From the NCBI GenBank assembly GCA_001949185.1, contig BDGG01000015.1:749036-813035 (forward strand): DNA of 64,000 nucleotides, read 5' to 3'. Positions 16,580 through 28,465 of the stretch are shown here, one piece after another. The translations under genes and the position numbers were made by a program. Source of the DNA: Ramazzottius varieornatus (lineage: Eukaryota > Animalia > Tardigrada). Position 1 is the stretch's first letter. Each line of letters opens with the position of its first letter. Under the pieces are notes generated by a model. The model was not told the DNA's origin. It was given only the letters and a program-made list of their open reading frames with translations, and did not search any database.

Positions 16580-17249
16580 TTATTCATCGACTTTGTTGCA
16601 GGCGAGCTCCGGAAACCCGGTCGACGCATCGAATGGCCGAGTGACTCTCAAACCCGCGCAGTTCCCGATGACCACTTCGCAGGTCGTGAAGACGATCAGG
16701 TCTCCCATGACGTGCCCGCCGATGACTTTGCCGTCCTTGTCGGAAAGGGAGATGTGTAGATGAGCTTCTTCGTTCAATGTTCCAACCAGGGAGACGATTT
16801 CCATCTGCTCTTCGAAAGTGTGGATACGCTGAAACCACAGAATATCACTAAACAGTTCAACTGGCGCATACAGTCATTGCACTGACGAAAGTGCCGTCAC
16901 CCTCTCTGTCCAATAGGCAAAGGCCCATGACGTCATGACGTCATAGTTTGAATTCAGTGGAAAATACCAGCAACAGGTTGGCTTCGCTCGCACACTAATT
17001 AACACAGCCGATGATCGTTATCACACTTTGCTGAAGTGGAATTTACCGTCGTACATTTGTCGATGATCCGGCATCATGGGCAAAGCGTAAGGTGGCTTTA
17101 GTAACAGAGCCCACAGCGGTCATGACGAAGGCAGCTTGAAGCTTGTTCTTTTCGACGAGATTCTCCAAGCAGGTTTTGATTTCTTGTCCTGGACGTAGGC
17201 GAATCATGTAGGTTTCCGTAGTGGAACTCTTCGCCGAAACGACGTCCAT
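16580..17249 (-). CDS. Stand-alone PPC/DUF296 domain protein, 2 exons
   Basis: YMIRLRPGQEI...AAFVMTAVGSVTKATLRFA, then EIVSLVGTL...AHLHISLSDKDGKVIGGHV...VFTTCEVVI...RPFDASTGFPEL: typical DUF296 motifs (HxH, GGH). Confidence 0.9.
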
Positions 17250-17947
17250 CCTCCACTTACAGCAATACTTGAAGATACTCTGACTGAAGGAACAAAACAG
17301 GATACAAAAGAGACCGGAAGTGGTCCTGGATTAACAGAAAATTCAAGCAGGTGTAATCAGCTTGTTTTGGAACCGTGGTTCCGCACTCGGGTTCGGCTCG
17401 GTCAGAACTAAGCCGCATCTCTGCCACGACCATTGTCCACTGTCCAGTACCACCTGTCCTGAACTTCTTCCTGTAACATCAACCAACCTACATCGTTTTC
17501 CACTCGTCTGACTTGCACTTCCGGATCTCTTAACAAAGCCAGAATTTCTAGAAGGAACGAATGAGGCTGATAGAAGCCCGTGTAAACTCTCGGCTTTACA
17601 ATACAGTAAAACGAGAATGTAATTCTCGAACGATCATATTTGCAGGAAAGGTGAACTGTTCCAATCTGTCATCGGAGAATAGGAAATTGAAAATAGAAGA
17701 AGAAAGTTTATAGAGTGTATACAGTAACTCCCGACAGCGGAATGATGATTCTGACTTCGAGGTCGCTATCGACCAGGAAACCACGGCAGGTATAAATAAA
17801 TAGAGATATAATATACTGGGATTTAGAAATATGAGCAATATTTACAAAACGGGTCAAAACTACGAGTAGAAAAATTCGTAAATAAACAAGGTTTCCTCCT
17901 GGAACTCAACCAGTTAGTGGGTTTTGTTTGGGTAAACCACTGAACCA

Positions 17948-19467
17948 TCAGGCAAGCTGATGGGTCTTCCAGATGATGACACACACCGTGCAGAATCCCC
18001 CGAAGGCCAGCCCGATTTGCGACCAAGCTGGTCCAAACCACTCCATAACAGCTTGCTGCAAAATGAAACGTCGTCAAATGTTATTTATCAACGGTGGTTT
18101 CCGCAAGCGAAGAGACTCGGTTCTTACCCATCCACCGCGGCGCACGATCCACCAAGCGATGTAGGTCCGCATGATCTGTCCTGCCCACCGCAGGATATCC
18201 TTTATCCACGGACTGCCAAACGGACTGTTCTCCAGAGACTGAGGCAGAGAAGAAAATCGAGAACAAGATTTTAGGACGAGGCTTTCCGAAAGCGGACGAC
18301 AAAGGTTCTCGCCTCGTACCTGGCTTAGTTTGTTCCGCACCATCTTGCAGGCGAAGAAGAGTAAGGCGACGATCCTTCCCCAGTTGATCCCGTTGGCAAA
18401 CAAAGTCTTGGCCACGTTGCGCAAAGTTTCGTAGGTGAAGTCCTGTCCGTCGCTTGCCAATATCCTGGAAGACAGAAATTTACGCTTTTACATAGGTAGA
18501 AAGGATCATGAGATGCAGGCTAAGTGGCGCACACGTCCAGCCAGTAGCCACGGCAATGTGCGCCACAGGGGGAAAAAGATGTTGTCGAGTTTGACTATCA
18601 AACTACAAAATGTTGTCTACTTGATGGTTGTTCTCAACTGCTCACGTGTTCAGTTCTTGATCCGCTTCCAGGGCGTCGCCGATGCGTGCCAAGGCATCCG
18701 CAATTTCTTCCTGACAGGCGAGCTCTCTGGACTGGTAGGAGCGAGTCACACTGGTTCCACGAAACCCTACAAATGAATTAAAATCACAGAGTGATCAGAC
18801 GGAATTCCCACTCTTGTTTTACCATTCTGACGCGATGCACGAAAAGCTGGCTGGCTTTTTCGTGCGTTCAGGTATTTCTGCAGCTCAGAACTGACTTGAG
18901 ACTTTCCGCTGCCACTTCGTCCAAGCTCGCGAGCCAATAGGATCGCCAGCAAGTCTTGTCCTTCTTCTACCACTGCCAGTTCCTCGGGCACTTTGATGAA
19001 TCCGTCCGCCTCCTCCTCTTCCTCACCATCATCAGACGCATACGAGGACTCTTCCGACTTTCCATCTGCACGAATCGAGCATTTGGCATTGCAACGAAGC
19101 TCAGGCAAACAAAATCGCACAGATTGTTTTCTCAAGTGACGCACGCTTTCAGCCAGTAATACCGGAGACATGCGCCACTTGGACAAAAGTCATGGACGAA
19201 GTTGTTCCGCCAGCTTCCAAGTTTCAGAATACAGTGTACATGGGCCAGAAGGACTCTTACTTGTTGCTCTTGTTGGCAGTGGATAAAATCCCTTTGTCCT
19301 GTTTTCCAGCGTGAAATGCGCATCTGCAAAGATCAGTCAGCCAAGCACGATTGAGCATTATGAGTTTTGCTGAAAGGTAAGCGTCACACGACTGACTTAT
19401 AATTACCTGGATGCACGCTCGTGCTGGGTCCGTGCTCTTCCTCGAAATCATCCGATATGTCGTCCAT
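17948..19467 (-). CDS. Bax-like multi-BH Bcl-2 family protein, about 7 exons
   Basis: BH3 IADALARIGDALE (~18.68 kb), BH1 LFANGINWGRIVALLFFACKM, BH2 WWIVRRGGW, C-terminal TM WSQIGLAFGGFCTVCVIIWK; ATG at 19467 (MDDISDDFEEE). Confidence 0.85.
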
Positions 19468-20329
19468 GCTGCGGGTGTCTGGGTTCCTTCAAGCCAAAAG
19501 TTGACGAATTTCCGATGCGAAGAGTCTGAGACCGTTAAGCACTTACAGTCTCATGAGGAATGAACTCCAGCAACGATAAGCGATAGCTGATGTCCGAAAT
19601 GACCATTCTGACGAAACTGAAGCGATGAATAGTGAGCGATGACTCATGGCATTGATCAGGCGATGACTGCATTTGACCACTTCGACCACGCCCATCATCG
19701 AGATTGTTTATTCCACCTGAACTGGTTGATACGATATCCCGAAGGGTCCAGAAAAGCGACAAAGAACCCTATGAGTGTGGGATCAAGACCACCTTGGTGA
19801 GACCCTGAGAGTTGGCACCGACCAGTCTGGCAAAATTGAACGGTGGTTACACACTGATAACTGATAGATGGCGGAGCAAGTAAAAATGAACACAATGGGC
19901 AGTGGCCACTCCACTTGGCAGACTCTTGTACCCAACGTACTGTTCAAAATTCATATAAATTTTACCGCTTCTCGAAACCAGATTCAGGGTATGCAGATAA
20001 AAAAACGATAACTTTGAAAAGGTTCATTCTCATGAAGCATAGTAGAGCTCTTACCTCCGGCACAGGTGACAGGTCCAGGAGTAATCGAGATTCCTATCGG
20101 ATCACTGACGTTATGGGAAATCTGTGAGCCGGGGCTTGATTGGCTTGATTCGTTCAGTATCGTTCGATTGCCCATTGCTATTTGCAAAGAAAAAACAACA
20201 ACAAATCGATTTCTAGCAACAGTTGAGTATTTGGCTGACTCTCTCCATAAAACTTGTTCGTCTTCTTCGGAAGACCAGAGACTCTCGAGTGGGCAGAGTT
20301 TGCTATTGTTGCTGTATGCTGTAGAAGTT

Positions 20330-21583
20330 TGGCGGGATGGACCAGCGTTCTTTATCGACGACGTCCAGATCCGATGGCAGTTGGGGCAGCTCGCAGTCTC
20401 TCGGCTCGACCAGAACGCGCATCAGTAAGCTCCCTCTCGCAGACAATATTGTCCCCATCGGATAAACGGGTCTTACTTTGCAGTTGCTCCAATGAGGGAC
20501 AGGAAAGGCGAGCCGATTGGGAATCAACAGGTAAGAACGTCAACAGAAAACTTTGTGCGCTGCTTGATCGAGGTGATGACAGCAGTGATGGCAGCGTGAA
20601 CTCTTTCGCAGGTTTTTCGGCCTTCTGTCTTTCTGGATGGATCTTTTCGCTCAACCTGCGCGACAACGGACCGAAAGCTGTCTCCTTTCGACGATATGGA
20701 AAGCACCGCAGAAAGTACCACGTCGTCCGAAAGAAAGTTGGAACGAGACATCGAGCAGAGAGAAGAGCGTGCCAAGCCACGCGTCACGAAGAGCGGTAAG
20801 TTCACCCGTACACAACTTACTACACGAGCCCGCACCGAAATTCATGCGTGTGGCTTCGGTTGTTTCAGTTCTGTACGAAAGCAGAGAGCCGCAGAACTAC
20901 TTCAGCCCGAAGAGAAGCGATCCAGTGAAGCTGTATCACCAGTACGAGGCATACTGGAAAGCCCATGGGATTCCCGGAGACGATCCAAGAAAAGAACTGC
21001 GGTGGAACATTCGAAGCATGCTCATGACCAAAGACTACGAAACACCCGTGGTAAGCACATACTGTGAACTCGTTTTCTGAACTTCGCGAGACGGGAGCCC
21101 AGCAAACAAAAGTCGAACAGATCGTCCTTCAAACGGCGCACGCTTTCAGCTTATAACACTGACAACGTGCGCCATATGGGAAGATAATCTTGCTCGACAA
21201 GATTGCTTTCTCAAGTGGCGCCCGCGTCCAGCCGTTAGCCCTGAAAACATGTGTCACTTGGGGACACAGTTCTGGTGAGCTTGTTTGCCGAACTCAAAAT
21301 GTCTCCTGACTTTTTGGCTGTCGTTTCTGCGTCAACGACTTCATGTGTTTTCCAGCCGGCCAAGGGATTCGCTTATCCTGCTGAATACAAGGACGGCAAA
21401 CGAATTCCACGACCGCGACGATGGTCTTCGCAAGACACACTGGACGATTTTACCTCTGATTTTTCATCTGCCACCAGTAGCAAGAGTGGTAGCACAATAC
21501 AAAGCAACTGGACCCCGCCACCACCTTCAAGCTTCCGTCGGCCAGAAAGAAATATTTACAAGCTCATGTTCGGTAAACCCTGA
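20330..21583 (+). CDS. HYLS1: HYLS1-like centriolar protein (5' end uncertain)
   Basis: KRSDPVKLYHQYEAYWKAHGIPGDDPRKELRWNIRSML matches the HYLS1 C-terminal box; splice sites at about 20796/20868 and 21051/21355. Confidence 0.75.
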
Positions 21584-21677
21584 CAACGTTGCAGTATTCG
21601 AAGGTGAAACAGAACCTGTCCAAAGACGTTTGTGGCAGAACTAAAAAGCGATCTCACGTTCCATTCATTTAGAATAT

Positions 21678-23184
21678 TCATATTTTTTTTACGGGAGGGC
21701 GAGTGTTATCCCTGAAATCACGTATCTTTAGCCTTCTGTCGAACGTCAAAATTCTTTCTTCGATCTTGTTGAGGGCTGCCAGTGTCAGCACGAGCGTTTC
21801 GTGTTTCAACATACTGTAGCAATTCAGTCCTGGAAGAAGTCAAAGAAGATTTCGCAGTATACTCATTTAACAAACCGCAATAAATGATTCGTACTGTAGT
21901 GCAAAGCAGGAATTGATCTGTTATTTTTCTTACCGTAAACGGGCATCAGCGTGAAGCCTGGCCTTCTGTGGCACGCAAGCGCGATATTCTTCGGCATGAA
22001 ATCCGTACTGAAACGAAACCAAGTGCTTGATTTGCTACAAGTTTATCTTCCACCACGTCAAAGCAGCTCAGTTCGAATTTAAAGTCTTACTCGTCGACAA
22101 AGAGAACAGATAACCCCCAATTTCTTTTCGCGGTAAGAGCATCCAGAAACTGCGAGGGCAAAGAAAAGTCAATGATTGCTTTCCGGTGCCTAAAATGGGA
22201 GGAGTAATTACCTTAGGGTCTTCCGACGGAAGACTCTCGAAGCTATCCACGATATGGATGTCGTCCTGAGCTAATTTCGCCGACAGGACTGCTTTCAGGC
22301 CTTTGGATCTCATGTCGGCATGAAACAGATAAAAGTACGTTTTCGGTCCTCGAGGTCCTTTGGCTTTACCACCTCCCTTCCACAGTGGAGAACGAATGCT
22401 CCCGTGTCGCGCTCTCCCTGACTTCTTTTGCGGCCAAGGCTTGCGTCCACCACCAGGCATCTCTGCCCGGGTTCTCGCGAAGGAGTAGTCCTAATATATT
22501 TCATCGTTGAGATTAGAACGTAAATTATTGGCAGCGAAGTGTGTTGACGAGGAAAAATGAAAGCCCGGTAGACACAGTCGGCAAGATCGCTTTCCTCGGT
22601 GGCGCACATGTCTGATGTTAATGGCTAGGAGCATGCGCCACTTGGAGAACGATCTTGTCAAGATTGACCGTTTCTCCCAAGAACCGCACATTTGCACTGT
22701 TATTGGCAGAGAGCGTGCGCCACTTGAGAAAATAACGTTGTCGAGTGTGTTTCACTCAAACTACAATCATACCACGTGCTTGTAGAGTGTCTGCCATTTG
22801 ATGTTGGTGTGGATAACATCTATCCTATAATGTAATGAAGCTACGTTAGCCATGAGCATGTGGTTTAAATTAAGTAAACTGGCCTTACCGAGGGAATTCT
22901 GCAAATACCTCAGGATGAAGAGGAACCAGCCCAACTTTCTTGTCTTCGATCGTTTCAAGGCTTTCCACCCATGCTTCGCGTGAAGGCACAAAACCACTAG
23001 GAGGAAACCGGTAGTTTCTTTCCGTGATTAAGCCGGTTTTGCTCTCGGAACTCTGTAACCTAGAGGGAATTGTTCCAAGCGAAGACAGGAAGCCGGAGGG
23101 AATGGGCCCTTGTGCGGGATTCAAAACTTTAGTCCATTGCTTCGTGACGGTGCTTCTCAGCAAAGGCGAGATGAGCCCAAACAT
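21678..23184 (-). CDS. MRPL4: Mitochondrial ribosomal protein L4 (uL4m)
   Basis: Targeting-type N-terminus; REAWVESL...[16 protein letters not shown]; [35 protein letters not shown]; [15 protein letters not shown]. Confidence 0.95.
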
Positions 23185-23651
23185 CCTCGTGGCGTCGGGT
23201 GCTTCTCGTTCCTGCTGGTATCTTCCAGCAGTTCTGCCGAACCTGTGAATGACCCAGTGAGACCCGGAAGGAAACTCTGCAAGACTTGCCAAGAGTCCAA
23301 GACAAACTGAGAACAGACTTCCGGTCAATCAAATTCGGTCACCAATCAAAACAGATCAGTTTTCACAAAGGGGTATGCGATATCGGTTTGATTACTTGAT
23401 CATACTCACCGTGATTGTAATCTGATGGGGACACATTCCGACACAAGATGCCTTGCTATCGAGATGGATAAATCCACATGCATAAGCGTGAAAGTTATGC
23501 GAATGGCCGTCCGTCGTGCGTCATTGTTCTGTAGCCAACGACCGGAATTTTGAAACTCGGTTTTCCGACATTTCCCAGTTCTTCGTTTGTGGTTGCTTGA
23601 GCTTCTGAATCCTTCTCATCCGTTCACCTTCATCCCAAATCACCCGGAACA

Positions 23652-24368
23652 ATGGTAAGTGATGTTCTTGGTTTTCGGGAAAATCTGGAGAAAGTTTGTA
23701 TTGGGACAAGAAAGTTAAATGGACAGATCCAACTTCAACCGGTATCATGTGCCTAATGTTGGCACTCATTGATTGTTGATTCTATTGTAGTCTTCGTCGG
23801 AGAAAGTCAAAGCCAAACTCCTCCGCGGCAAGAAGAAGGAAGAGCTTCTGAAGCAGCTGGAAGAACTCAAGCAAGAACATGCCTCACTCAAAGTGGCCAA
23901 AGTAACCGGTGGAGCACCTGCCAAGCTTGGAAAGATGTAAGAACTTTTCACTTGTGTCAGACGCGAAGCTTCGTTCCATCTGGACGAAGCTACCTTTTTT
24001 GGGATCGTGTGATGAAAACTTAACGCTATACTGAATGTTCCTGATGGTGATCGATAGGACTGACTCTTAACTGTACTTTAACCTTGCTGAACCGAATGAG
24101 AAGAGGAACTAATAATTCGTGTTTTCTGTGTTGCAGCGGTCTTGTAAGGAAGGCCATTGCCAGGATCCTGACAGTCGTCAGCCAGACGCAGAAAGCCAAC
24201 CTGAGAAAGTTCTACGCTGGCAAGAAGTGGAAGCCTTATGACTTGAGGCCAAAGAAGACCCGTGCCATCCGTAAAGCTTTGACCAAGAGCGAACTGAACA
24301 TTCGTAACCGTAAGCAAATCAGAAAAGCTGCTCTTTACCCCAAACGATTGTACGCCGTCAAGGCTTGA
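23652..24368 (+). CDS. RPL35: 60S ribosomal protein L35 (uL29), 3 exons (ATG-only first coding exon)
   Basis: ATG|gtaagt at 23652; [25 protein letters not shown]...[12 protein letters not shown]; [11 protein letters not shown]...[18 protein letters not shown]...YAVKA*. Confidence 0.97.
24005..24067 (+). ncRNA. Candidate intronic box C/D snoRNA in RPL35 intron 2
   Basis: C box GTGATGA 24009-24015, D' CTGA 24031-24034, C'-like TGATGG ~24042, D box CTGA 24060-24063; GATCGATAGG before the D box is complementary to CCUAUCGAUC, recalled as a conserved LSU rRNA segment. Confidence 0.65.
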
Positions 24369-25366
24369 TTAATTGTTCTAACTGTTTTCCCGTAACATCT
24401 TGAACTGGCAGAACTGGTGGCTTTCTTTTACATTACTACTGTAATTTGTTCAGAGATTGGACACCATGGAGTTCTAAACGCGGAAATGAAAGCGATCTTT
24501 CGTAAACCATATTCAAACGGCGACGTGATGTTCTCCGCTTCTGTTTTGTGTTGAGGACTCTTCAGAGATCTTTGATACGCGGGACCTAGGCGAACAACTC
24601 GACAAGATTGTTTTTTCGAGTGGCGCAGGCTTGCAGCCAATAACAATAAAAACGTGCGCCATTCGGACAACAATCTTGCCTAGTTCGCCGAGCTCCCATA
24701 TCACAGTAGGACGGTGGAAGTGGCGCATGACTTTTGTCGGAACCGGGCAGATAGTTTCGAACTTTGCATTGAACAAGAATGTAAAATACAGTTTTGGAGG
24801 CGACGTTCGTTCGTCACAATCCAGTGGGTTCTTGATGACAAACAAACAGAAGAATTCAGAATGTGAGAAGGGACGGCTTGACGAGACGTTATCGAAGATA
24901 TCACCCAGAAACAGGGCGCCCAGGAACAAGGCAGAGAGATGTTATGGTTTGGTAGGATCGCTTTTTCTAGGTGGACATGTGGAAAGAATGCCTTTGGAGG
25001 ACATGTGACCAGGAGAGTGCTTATCGCTCCATCTGGTTTACGTTGTTCGCTGCTGGTGGACCCACTCATGGGCAAAAAATTTGTCAACAAAAACCGATCA
25101 CCAGTCTAGTCAGCAGCAAGTTTCCTTGTACGTCTCCCAATCGAAGAGCACTCTCAGTTCCTCAATGCGCAGTATTGCCTGAAGGACAGCCGCTTTTTTC
25201 CTTGCTCTTGACCATAAAAGCTCGAACTGTGTATTGCTCCGGTATTCCACTATTTCGAGAAACGTTTCGGTCCTTCCCATCCTTGCATCTCCTTCTCTAA
25301 TTGTGCCCTACAAAATCCGAATTCGACATCTCCGTCTTCCCTCGCTCCGATGTTTCATTGGGCACG

Positions 25367-27028
25367 ATGAATCCTCGGAAAATTTTGACAACTTCAACTT
25401 TGGCCAGCCTGGTTCTTCTGGTAATTTTACTTTAGCTGTGGTTTTTTGACCCTTGCAGTTGTGGTTGCAGCAAATTTCGCTTGGACTGTATTCCGCTTTG
25501 GGTGTAATGTTTGGCATTTCGTTTTCAGGCGGTTTCGATCCTTTCGGTGTCCGGAGAAGCTTGGCACACCTGGGGAAACTACTACCGTGTGGAAGTCATG
25601 TTCACCCGCTTGGAGAACGATGCAGGAATTATCGCCAACGGCAAGCGCTGCGACGTCTTCACCAAATGCGATCCCCGACTCTATACCTCCATCGACATGT
25701 AAGTGGGCTTTTCGAAATCAAACACCAACGCTCGATCGTTTCCAGTCCGATGCCATTTTTCCCAACTTCATTCATAACTTGAGTTATCGACAATCAAAGT
25801 GAACGTGATCTGTCAGCTCAAGTGGCGCACGGTTCCATTGAAAGCAGCCGAAAATGTGCGACGCTTGTGAAAGAATCCTGTTCAAGTCATTTATCGACGC
25901 CCATTCTCTCTTTCCATCTCTTAGCGATCAGCCGTACGCGGGATACCCCGGAGCAGCCACTTCCCCTGGAGACTTCTCGCTGATCCTGACGCAAATGGAT
26001 CGCAATGTGCTGGACATGAGCAACCAGATCATCAAGAACATTTGCAACCGTCCGCGTCCCACGGTACGTTCTTGCAAGCCTTCTCATGTCATTACATGGC
26101 TAAATGCGCTTTCCTGTTATCCGTTGTGACACCTCTAAATGTAGATTTCCTTTCTTGGTTGTAGCGTGTGACAGTGCGTGTTCAAGCCATGGACTACGAC
26201 TACATGAATGCCAACGATCTGATGGAGAACTTTGATTGCACCTTCAACTTTGAACCTACTCCACGCGACGAGATGCTCTGGTCTCCCACCACCGCCTGCC
26301 GCGCATACCATCAACCACACCGTATTCGGTATGTCCTTTCTTGCAATCAAAAAGCACACACAACTTCCACCAGTTTCCTTGTCATATTCTCATAAAGTTG
26401 GATGAAGAACGGAGTCGTTCATAATTTTAAGATCGAAAAAATTGATGAATTGCCTGCCTAATTGACCAGTCTTCTACAGCAATTCAGTAATCCGTAATAG
26501 CGAGTTTCAACTCTCTTCAACAGCTCCACGTTGCCGAAAAGTAAATTCTCGTGGCCAACTTTTGCTTCTTTCAGATTGTTTTACAAGTGGAGAATCATCC
26601 CGATCCACTCCGGCGAATGCTATTCCACCGGTTTGTTGAACCTGATCGCTCGAAGCACAACGACCACCACGACTACTACTACCACCAGCACCACTCCAAC
26701 CACGCCCACTATCACAACCACCACCACCACCACAAGCACCGAGTCCCCGACAATGACCACCGATGAAGTACCTATGACAGAGAATCTAACCACCGAAGAG
26801 GCAGTTGAACGAATGGAAACTGCCATTGCGTCTGGCGCCACGGAAGAAACCACGGAGGAAACTACGGTCCAAGTCAAGGTGACCGCCAACGACACGACCA
26901 GACTGGTGGTCTTCGACTTGCCGTCCACGACCTCTGCCGATCCTGCTGAAGCTGGCGACGTGGTGTACCACGACTACGAGGAAGGGGAGGTTTTCACCTA
27001 CTCGCCTTACCTTCCTGCCCTCAACTAG
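25367..27028 (+). CDS. Secreted AMNP-like (tardigrade Mn-dependent peroxidase family, C2-like fold) protein with Thr-rich tail, 5 exons
   Basis: Exons ~25367-25420, 25529-25699, 25925-26063, 26165-26328, 26575-27028: signal peptide; RLENDAGIIANGKRCDVFTKCDPRLY..YPGA..ICN..VRVQAMDYDYMNANDLMENFDC..WSPTTAC..RLFYKWR..EC; then poly-Thr and acidic tail. Family call is from recalled sequence pattern. Confidence 0.65.
26658..26740 (+). repeat. Coding ACN trinucleotide repeat (poly-Thr)
   Basis: ACA/ACG/ACC/ACT run encoding TTTTTTTTTSTTPTTPTITTTTTTTST. Confidence 0.9.
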
Positions 27029-28465
27029 GCTCTTGTATTTCCCCGCCATTTCATTTTTACCACCGCGAAACATTGTTAAATAACCAGCTGTTTATGGGCC
27101 GGTTTCTGTTGTGGCCAACAGTGTTTTGGTCTGTTGTTGAATCTCTTTGGTTTCTGTACGTACACGTACAGAGAGCTACTTGGTTTCAGCGGTGTTGGTG
27201 GCGCCATATATGGGCAGGCTTATCAAGTTCCGGCTGTTGTCCCGTGTACAGTGATGTCATTTTGCAGATAAATGATGGATTGTTTTCCTGAGGCTTTCTG
27301 CATCAGGACCAGTCAGAAAGAGAAGCAGGGTCCATATTTCAAGACTTGGCCAGTTGTGAGTGGGGAGGTTGATATCAAACTTGACTAGCGTAGGATATTT
27401 GATTAGTGCTGATGATTTGCTCCGCCCACTCCTTGCTCTAATCACCAGAAGTTGAGACTCGCTGATCGAAACCCGCGATTAGCGTAAGTTTTCCGGGAGC
27501 ATTTGCGAAACAAGCACCATCTTTCGAAGATTAGTTCAGATCGAGATATCAAACTGAACAAAACTTCGAATTCGAATTGGCAAACGGGTATGAGAGATTG
27601 TCGGTTGTGGTTCTGAGAGCTGAACCGGATCAGTCATCAACTTCTATTCTCTGAGAGTAGTCACAATTGAAGGTAAAGTGAAGTTGAGAAAGCGGTTAAA
27701 GCTGCAGTCGAAGAAACAGTGTCTGTTGTGGTAAACCCACAGTTAAACGTGAAGCTTCGTATGATTTCCCGAAGCTGCAGTCACACCCACAGTTACAGTG
27801 ATAATTTTCAATGTTTTGTTCGATATAAAAGCCGCAGTCAAGCGTGCAGTTGTGGGTGTAGTTTGACGAATAACCCATGAGCGATGTCAGGCCTCGAAAG
27901 ACACAGTTAGAAGAGCAGTTGGTACTTCATTGAGATATCATGTGAGATACTCTAAAATTTGGAAAGAGTCTTGGAAAGAAATAGCCGCAGAAAAGCTTGG
28001 TCAAAAAGCTACTCTAACTCATTACTCACTGGATTAGCGGTCCATATGTCTTAATCAAGAATCAGGCATGGATTAGCGTAGTGAGTTCAAGTGATTCGGC
28101 TCCACCAGCATGCTCCATCTTGTTTGGCTGATTCCTGCTCAAATCAAGCTCGCTACGCTAATCAAGTTCGATATCAACCTCCCCAGTATGAAGACAGACT
28201 TTATCTGACGAAGAAGTCCGCGCGCTGTAAAACTGCAAGTCAGGCGACGTCTTTGAATGGCAATAGTGTACTTTCCAGAAATGAGCAAAGTCCATTCTTG
28301 CCAACCTCTAGACGAGCTTTATAGCGGCTATCGGAAAGATAAACTCTGATAGAGATATCTGAAGAAGCTGCTTATCGGTCTCACCAACGTCGACATAGAC
28401 AGCCCAGAAAATTGTGCAGAAATTTATTACTGTACATCAGCGGTACTTGGTACAGCACAGAGCAT

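Noticed and set aside
26620-26928. Poly-Val membrane-like ORF on the minus strand
   Set aside because: Antisense shadow of the poly-Thr coding repeat.
27250-27900. Short Cys-rich and faintly LRR-like minus-strand ORFs
   Set aside because: Could not be joined into a consistent gene; may be a decayed remnant.
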